A stretch of 13,089 nucleotides of DNA. It comes from a bacterium (GTDB taxonomy: Bacteria > RBG-13-61-14 > DATKZS01). A model generated the notes under the pieces. That model had not been told where the DNA came from. It searched no databases and was given only the letters and a program-made list of their open reading frames with translations. The stretch covers positions 1 to 13,089 of the forward strand of contig JAWOBU010000264.1 of assembly GCA_046484135.1 (NCBI GenBank), read 5' to 3'. Positions 7,688 to 13,089 of this stretch are shown here, in pieces. Both the position numbers and the translations under genes were made by a program. How positions within the stretch are numbered: position 1 is the stretch's first letter; every line of letters starts with the position of its first letter.

Positions 7688-8371
7688 GTGGCTGATAAAG
7701 AAATAAAGACAACCGCCGTCATCCTCGCCCGCGATGAAGAAGAAATGGTTGCCGGAGTCATCAGGGCGGCAGAGCCTTACGTGGACGAAGTGCTGGTGGT
7801 GGACGGTCATTCGGCAGACAAGACTGCGTACAACGCTCGGGAAGCGGGCGCGCGCGTAGTTGAGGACCATGGCCTGGGTAAAGGCGACGGTTACCGGAAG
7901 GGCCTTACGGAAGCCAAGGGTGATGTGGTCGTTTTCCTGGACGCGGACGGCTCCCACGAGCCCGCGGATATTCCCGGGCTTACCGGTCCCATATTGGAAG
8001 GAAAGATGGACATGGTTATCGGGACCCGATGGAGGGGAGGCTCGGATGACGTTCATCCCAACCTGGCCCATTTCATCCGCGACATGGGCGGGACCTTTCT
8101 GTCCATGGTCATATCATATCGCTTCAAGGTAGAGATTACGGATTGCCTGTACGGCTACCGGGCCGTGGACCGGAAAAAGTGTCTCGAGCTGGGACTCACT
8201 GCCAATGACTTTGACGTGGAACACGAGATGGTAATGAAGGCGCTGAAAAAGGGACTGCGGATAGGAGAGGTACCGAGCCACGAGTACGCCCGCGGCGGAG
8301 GCCATTCCAAACTGCCGACCGCGAAAAAAGCGCACAAGTTTTTATGGCGGCTCTTAAAAGAAATATGGTAG
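7688..8371 (+). CDS. DPM1/GtrB-like GT2 (polyprenyl-phosphate glycosyltransferase), short form without TM helices
   Basis: VVDGHSADKT, GLGKGDG, FLDADGSHEPADIP, DMVIGTR, ITDCLYGYRA, FDVEHEM, IGEVPSHEYARGGGHSKL. GTG start with AGGA upstream. Confidence 0.9.
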   Translation: MADKEIKTTAVILARDEEEMVAGVIRAAEPYVDEVLVVDGHSADKTAYNAREAGARVVEDHGLGKGDGYRKGLTEAKGDVVVFLDADGSHEPADIPGLTGPILEGKMDMVIGTRWRGGSDDVHPNLAHFIRDMGGTFLSMVISYRFKVEITDCLYGYRAVDRKKCLELGLTANDFDVEHEMVMKALKKGLRIGEVPSHEYARGGGHSKLPTAKKAHKFLWRLLKEIW

Positions 8372-8443
8372 GTCCTCTCGCTGACGGTGTAGCCACAGCA
8401 GGACAACACCGCCTTCAAGAATGATGAGTTCGGAAAAGTAAAA

Positions 8444-9856
8444 ATGAAAGTGCAGCTTATAAACCCGCCTGCCAGTGAAGGCGTGGACATCGTCCGTGAA
8501 GGAAGGTGCATGCAAAGGGGAGGGGCCTGGACCGCAGTGTGGGCGCCCATCTCGCTCGCGACCATTGCCGCGGTACTGGAGCGCGAGAACGTCGAGTGTC
8601 GCCTGGATGACTGCATCATCGAGAAACTCGGCCTGGAAGCGCTCCGCGAGCGGGCCCGCGGCTTTGGCCCCGACATGGTTGTCGTAAACACCGCCACTCC
8701 TTCCATAGACTCTGATCTTTTTGCCGTGCAAAGCTTGAAAGAGGACCTGCCCGGCGCCGTCTTTCTGGCTATCGGCATCCACGTTAGCGCCTTGCCGGAA
8801 GAAACGCTTATGCAGTGTCACGAGCTTGACGCGGTGGTGCGGGGCGAGCCCGAGCTTACCGTCCGCGATGCCGCGCGGGCTGTATCCGCGAAAAACGACC
8901 TCTCGGCTGTTCCGGGACTTTCCGTACGCAAAAAAGATGAGCTCATTCACGGCCCGGACCGCGAGCCCGCGGACCTGGACAGCCTCCCGGCGCCGGCGTG
9001 GCACCTGGCGAGGACCGATCTGTATCGCATGCCTTTTTCCGGGGACCCTTTTCTCCTGGTAGGGACGTCACGCGGATGCCCCTTCCATTGTCGCTTTTGC
9101 GCAGACCCGGTCTATTACGGACATGCACTGCGCCTGAAGTCTCCGGAGCGGATAGTGACCGAGATGGAAGAGATACGCGAGAAGTACGGCATTCGCGATT
9201 TTCTGTTCTGGTCCGAGTCGTTTACATTGAAGAGGGAATGGACCGTGCGCGTTTTGAACGAGCTTACGCGCTCGGGTGCTGATTTTCGAATCGTTTGCAA
9301 CTCCCGCACCGATCACGTGGACCCGGAGCTTTTATCTTTGATGCGGGAAGCGGGCGTTTGGATGGTGGGTTACGGCGTGGAGTCCGGCTCTCAGTTTGTG
9401 CTCGACCTTATGAACAAAAAGACATCGGTGGAGCAGAACCGAAAGGCCATCACCTGGACCAAGGAGGCAGGCCTGCAGGCAACCGCCCACATGGTTATAG
9501 GGTATCCCGGCGAGACCAGGGAGACCGTGCAAGAGACCATAGACTTCGCATGCTCCTTGCCGCTCGATTACGCCCAGTTCTACTGCGCCGCTCCTTTTCC
9601 CGGCAGTACGCTTTACCGGGAAGCAAAGGAAAAAGGCCTGCTCCGGAAAGAGCCGTGGACCAGGTTCGAGCAGAACTACTGCGTGCTCGACACCCCCGAG
9701 CTTTCCGCCCGCGAAGTCATGGAGTGGAGAAAAAAGGCCTACCGCCGCTTTTATGCAAGCCCTGCCCGGGCATGGCGGGTTCTTAAAAGGGATGTCGGCT
9801 GGAAAAGACTTCCTCGCTTCGGCAGGATGATGCTTTCTTTTCGGGGATGGATTTAA
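8444..9856 (+). CDS. Cobalamin-binding domain radical SAM protein 2
   Basis: MKVQLINPP, WAPISLA, IGIHVSALPEE, RGEPE; core SRGCPFHCRFC, YGVESGSQ, APFPGSTLY, AYRRFY. Confidence 0.93.
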   Translation: MKVQLINPPASEGVDIVREGRCMQRGGAWTAVWAPISLATIAAVLERENVECRLDDCIIEKLGLEALRERARGFGPDMVVVNTATPSIDSDLFAVQSLKEDLPGAVFLAIGIHVSALPEETLMQCHELDAVVRGEPELTVRDAARAVSAKNDLSAVPGLSVRKKDELIHGPDREPADLDSLPAPAWHLARTDLYRMPFSGDPFLLVGTSRGCPFHCRFCADPVYYGHALRLKSPERIVTEMEEIREKYGIRDFLFWSESFTLKREWTVRVLNELTRSGADFRIVCNSRTDHVDPELLSLMREAGVWMVGYGVESGSQFVLDLMNKKTSVEQNRKAITWTKEAGLQATAHMVIGYPGETRETVQETIDFACSLPLDYAQFYCAAPFPGSTLYREAKEKGLLRKEPWTRFEQNYCVLDTPELSAREVMEWRKKAYRRFYASPARAWRVLKRDVGWKRLPRFGRMMLSFRGWI

Positions 9857-11080
9857 ATGGACATCCAGACCATGAAGACCATTGACAGGTTCGCGGGGTA
9901 TCCTCTCTGCGGGACCCTGCGGCTCTATGACCTGGCCAGGCAGCTCTTCTCCGGCAGGCGCAAAGGCCTTGACTCTCTGACCGCCGCTCCCGACAACATC
10001 GAGTTGGGAGACGCATCTACGATCATGGCGATAAAGTTCTGGGGAATGGGAAGCCTTATACTTGCCGCGCCTTTGTTTTACGAGCTGAAGAAAAGGTGGC
10101 CCAACGCCCAGATAATCCTGGTGACACTCGAACAGAACCGCGACATCGTCGAGCTTCTCGGCATAGCGGACAGAGCGTATTATCTGGACTTGCCTTTTAC
10201 CCCCGCCGGAGCATTCGAGAATATTCTTCGGCTCTTTTGTCGAGTAAGCCGGGTCAAACCCGGTATGGCCATAGACCTCGAGTACCTCACCCGGTTTTCC
10301 GCGCTCGTCAGCTACATCTCCGGAGCGCCCGTCCGGGTGGGCTTTCACTCGTGGGATGTATGGCGCGGCAACCTGCAAAACGTGAAAAAGGCTTTCAATC
10401 CGTACTGGCACGTAACCGAGAACTTCGTGAACCTGGTCAACTTCAGCGGCAACCACCAGAACAGCGATATAATCCCGGCCGCAGCGCGCGTGAACGCTGA
10501 AGGCTCTGAAGAAGAAGCGGGCGAGCTCTTGCGCTCCATGGGAATAGACGACTCGGAGCGGATTATTGCCGTAAACCCGAACGCCAGCACCATGGCCGCG
10601 GAGCGCCGGTGGCCGGAGAATTATTTTATCGAGCTGATAGACCGGATAGTCGAGGCCGGCCTGGGCACGCCGGTTCTGCTCGGCGCTCCGTCCGAGACCG
10701 ATTACGTCAGTCGCGTGCACGAAAGAACAAAACAACCGGACCGCGTATTCTCCATCGCCGGAAGGTCTTCTCTGCAAGGGCTGGTAGGTGTCTTGAAACG
10801 CGCCAGCCTGCTGGTGACCAATGATACCGGACCGCTTCATCTTGCTGACGCGCTCGGTACCAGGACCGTAAGCTTCTTCGGGCCGGAAACGCCCCGCCTC
10901 TTCGGGCCGCGAGGAAAAGGGCACATCGTCCTCTATCGCAACATTGACTGTAGCCCCTGCATAAGTATTTACAACGCCAAGACCGTCCGGTGCATGAAGG
11001 GCGAGCCCGAGTGTCTTTCCGGCATCAGTGTTAACGAAGCTTTCGAAGCGGTCCAAAAGGGCCTGGAGGAGAACCGGTGA
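9857..11080 (+). CDS. GT9-family (ADP-heptose:LPS heptosyltransferase-like) glycosyltransferase
   Basis: IKFWGMGSLIL, RRWP, LVTNDTGPLHLADALGTRTVSFFGPETP and a C-terminal CSPC-x10-C-x6-C. Starts immediately after the upstream stop (TAAATG). Confidence 0.92.
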   Translation: MDIQTMKTIDRFAGYPLCGTLRLYDLARQLFSGRRKGLDSLTAAPDNIELGDASTIMAIKFWGMGSLILAAPLFYELKKRWPNAQIILVTLEQNRDIVELLGIADRAYYLDLPFTPAGAFENILRLFCRVSRVKPGMAIDLEYLTRFSALVSYISGAPVRVGFHSWDVWRGNLQNVKKAFNPYWHVTENFVNLVNFSGNHQNSDIIPAAARVNAEGSEEEAGELLRSMGIDDSERIIAVNPNASTMAAERRWPENYFIELIDRIVEAGLGTPVLLGAPSETDYVSRVHERTKQPDRVFSIAGRSSLQGLVGVLKRASLLVTNDTGPLHLADALGTRTVSFFGPETPRLFGPRGKGHIVLYRNIDCSPCISIYNAKTVRCMKGEPECLSGISVNEAFEAVQKGLEENR

Positions 11081-12447
11081 AGGTACTGCTTCTAAATCCT
11101 CCTGCTCCTGAAACCGTTATCCGCGACTACTACTGTTCCAAGACCACCAAGTCCAACTACCTGTTCCCGCCTGCTGACCTTGTTATGCAAAGCGGCCTCC
11201 TTGCCGAAGAGCACGAGCTTGTCGCCATTGACGCAGTGGCCAAGCGATTGGGCCGGGACGAGTGCATGAAAAAGATTGAAGCACTATCACCGGACGCTGT
11301 TCTGGGGCTGTGGGGAGCGGTAACCGATCGGGTTGATTACGAGTTCTACCGGGAGCTGTCCGGCCGTGTTTCCGCGCCTCTTTTCATAAGCGGTGAGGTC
11401 TTGCTGGACGACCCGGAGAGCTGGCTTCTGGAGAGGCCTTTTGTTAAGGGCGCGCTTTTACGGTTCGTCTCTCCCGGGCTGGTTGATTTCCTTGAAACGG
11501 GGGAGCCGGGCCCGGACCTGCTTGTGCGCGACAATGACGGCATTAGAAAAGGAGCTGAGTCAACCGGCCGCGAGTTCCGGGCGGGCCGCCCGCGACACGA
11601 GCTGTTTTTTCACAAGGGCTACAGCTTCAGCTTCGCCCGAGGCAAAAGGTTCGCCACCGTGCTGACGGACTTCGGCTGTCCCTTCAAATGCGGCTTCTGC
11701 GTCATGCCCGCCCTCGGATACCGCGTGCGGCCGATTGATGAAGTGATCGAAGAACTCAGCTTTCTGAAGAAGCATGATATAACCGAGCTGTTTGTGGCGG
11801 ACCAGTGCTTTGGAGCGGACCGGCGCCGCACGGTGGAACTCTGCCGAGAGATAGCGGCCGAGGCGCCGGGCATGGGCTTTACCACCTTTACCCGCGCCGA
11901 CCTTCTGGACGATACACTGTTAGATGCCATGTACGAGGCGGGCGCACATACCCTTATCATGGGAGTGGAGACCGCGGACGAAACTGCATTGCAATCCTAC
12001 GGCAAGTCTCTTGCGCCTGACAAGGTGGCGGAAGGCTTCCGGAAATGCCGCGAGAAGGGCATCCGCACGGTGGCGACCTTTATTATCGGCCTGCCGGAAG
12101 ACACCACGGAGTCCATCCATAACACCATGCGGCTCGCGTGCGAGCTATCCCCCGACTTTGTCTCTTACAACGTGGCAGTACCCCGCTCCGGCACTGTCTT
12201 GAAAGACCTGGCCCGGTCGGAGGGACTGGCGGACGTGAACATAGACCCCGACCAGGGCGGCGCCCGCGTATCCATGAGAACCAGGAACCTGAAGAGAGAA
12301 GAGGTCGCAAGGCTGAAAAAGAAGGCGGTCCGCGATTTTTATCTTCGCCCCTCCTACTTTATAAGACGGCTGAAGAGAGTCTCGTCCCTGCGCCAGCTCT
12401 TTCACGAAGCAAAAGAAGGTGTGTCCCTTATTATAAAAAACGTTTGA
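11077..12447 (+). CDS. B12-binding-like radical SAM protein 3 (divergent N-terminal domain)
   Basis: MKVLLLNPP, YLFPPADL; core FGCPFKCGFC, MGVETAD, FIIGLPEDT, VPRSGT, DFYLRPSY. GTGA overlap with the GT9 stop and GGAGGAG SD. Confidence 0.9.
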   Translation: MKVLLLNPPAPETVIRDYYCSKTTKSNYLFPPADLVMQSGLLAEEHELVAIDAVAKRLGRDECMKKIEALSPDAVLGLWGAVTDRVDYEFYRELSGRVSAPLFISGEVLLDDPESWLLERPFVKGALLRFVSPGLVDFLETGEPGPDLLVRDNDGIRKGAESTGREFRAGRPRHELFFHKGYSFSFARGKRFATVLTDFGCPFKCGFCVMPALGYRVRPIDEVIEELSFLKKHDITELFVADQCFGADRRRTVELCREIAAEAPGMGFTTFTRADLLDDTLLDAMYEAGAHTLIMGVETADETALQSYGKSLAPDKVAEGFRKCREKGIRTVATFIIGLPEDTTESIHNTMRLACELSPDFVSYNVAVPRSGTVLKDLARSEGLADVNIDPDQGGARVSMRTRNLKREEVARLKKKAVRDFYLRPSYFIRRLKRVSSLRQLFHEAKEGVSLIIKNV

Positions 12448-12472
12448 TCCGCGAGGTGCGGATTGATATTTT
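12447..12472 (+). terminator. Weak possible hairpin/terminator after the last rSAM gene
   Basis: ATCCGC-gaggt-GCGGAT (12447-12463) followed by an imperfect T-rich run, TGATATTTT. Confidence 0.25.
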
Positions 12473-12509
12473 GATGAAGTATGTGCTCTAAGCAGTAAGG
12501 AGGCGCGGT

Positions 12510-12989
12510 TTGGTCAGTGTAAAGATCAATACTCCGGAAGGGCCGGTGGATTTCCAGGGCGAGTCGGGCGCCATGCTCGACGATATTATTTTGTCGGCCG
12601 GCGTTCTGTTCGACCGCCCCTGCGGCGGTCGCGGCAAATGCGGCAAGTGCCGGGTGAAGGCATCGGGCGAGCTGTCGCCTCTCAGCGATGTCGAGAAGGA
12701 GAAGCTTTCGCCGGCTGACATAAAAGCCGGAGTCCGCCTTGCCTGCCAGATGCGCGTAGTGGGCGACTCCGAGGTCTGGTTCGAGAGCGAGGTCGTGTTT
12801 TCGGACAAGACCTTCAGCCTGGGTTACGACCTGGCCGGGATAAAAGGCGACCTGGGCTTTGCCGTAGACCTGGGTACGACCACGGTGGCCGTTTTTATCG
12901 TAAGACTGGCGGATGGCAAAGTATATGCCGGCAATGCCACCCTGAACCTGCAGAAGAACTACGGCGCCGAGGTCATGTCCCGGCTCGAC
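12510..12989 (+). CDS. N-terminal part of a 2Fe-2S ferredoxin/ASKHA-domain protein, RACo-like ATP-dependent reductive activator of corrinoid proteins. Homology is lost after ~12989, although the frame stays open to the window end
   Basis: Hand-translated; absent from the ORF track because it has no stop in the window. AAGGAGG (12497-12503) precedes TTG 12510. MVSVKINT...PCGGRGKCGKCRVK...VRLACQ gives a 2Fe-2S site (C38/C44/C47/C79), followed by GFAVDLGTTT (ASKHA phosphate-1 loop, D120) and NLQKNYGAEVMSRL. Confidence 0.88.
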
Positions 12990-13088
12990 AAGGTTACTCA
13001 ATATGTGCCGGGGCCCAATTTCCACGAAAACCCAACCTCCCGCGCGGTACATGTTCTCAATTTGGTCTTTGAAGATGACGGGGTGGAG
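12984..13088 (-). other. Fragment of a type I PKS / PUFA synthase (PfaA-like) malonyl-acyltransferase domain, joined to the RACo-like gene in opposite orientation
   Basis: Minus frame from 13088 reads LHPVIFKDQIENMYRAGGWVFVEIGPRHILSNLVE. This matches the AT-domain C-terminal pattern PVxFxxxIExxYxxGxxxFVExGPxxxLxxLV. Similarity stops where the + strand RACo similarity begins. Confidence 0.72.
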
Positions 13089-13089
13089 G

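Noticed and set aside
2010..9857. Two genes both end in GWI-stop (TGGATTTAAA at 2010-2019 and 9848-9857), each followed by a gene starting MD
   Set aside because: A 10-nt match in 13 kb is expected by chance, and similarity does not extend to either side.
9332..11056. 574-aa minus-strand ORF
   Set aside because: Fully antisense to two well-supported genes and has no recognisable motifs. Long shadow ORFs are expected from GC-rich codon bias, and here the two sense genes share one frame.
4223..12447. Assigning specific names (bchE, hpnJ, hpnP, waaF) or calling this a hopanoid or RiPP cluster
   Set aside because: Motifs support only family-level calls. No squalene-hopene cyclase, photosynthesis genes or precursor peptide are in the window.
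12463..12476. TTGATATTTTGATG as an FNR box or promoter; TTGATATTTT also occurs on the minus strand at 3604-3613
   Set aside because: The second half-site is not ATCAA and there is no good -10 hexamer at the right spacing.
12402..13052. 216-aa minus-strand ORF as a real gene
   Set aside because: Only the first ~23 residues are protein-like (the PKS AT fragment). The rest is the antisense shadow of the RACo-like gene.
1..13089. CRISPR arrays, tRNA/rRNA, cobalamin riboswitch, IS elements
   Set aside because: No periodic repeats, cloverleafs, B12-box or transposase motifs were found by eye. Intergenic gaps are short (longest 219 nt). An Rfam scan would be needed to exclude small RNAs formally.

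Overview
GC-rich bacterial DNA, probably from an anaerobic diderm (inferred from gene content; taxonomy cannot be fixed from this window). Most of it is a + strand cell-envelope glycosylation/modification cluster unusually rich in radical SAM (rSAM) enzymes. Order: partial GT-C-like membrane protein, GT2, rSAM with SPASM/twitch-type tail, [small interrupting block], B12-rSAM, GT-C-like membrane protein, DPM1/GtrB-like GT2, B12-rSAM, GT9, B12-rSAM. It ends with a 2Fe-2S/ASKHA corrinoid reductive activator (RACo-like) gene that the supplied ORF track misses. The interrupting block (3108-4003) holds an internally deleted in-frame mini-cstA, a probably leaderless zinc-ribbon membrane microprotein and a small lipoprotein. 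The last ~105 nt look unrelated to the RACo gene: on the minus strand they read as part of a type I PKS/PUFA-synthase acyltransferase domain, which points to a chimeric or rearrangement junction near 12984-12989. No rRNA, tRNA, CRISPR or transposase was seen. All family calls come from motif recognition by eye, not database searches.
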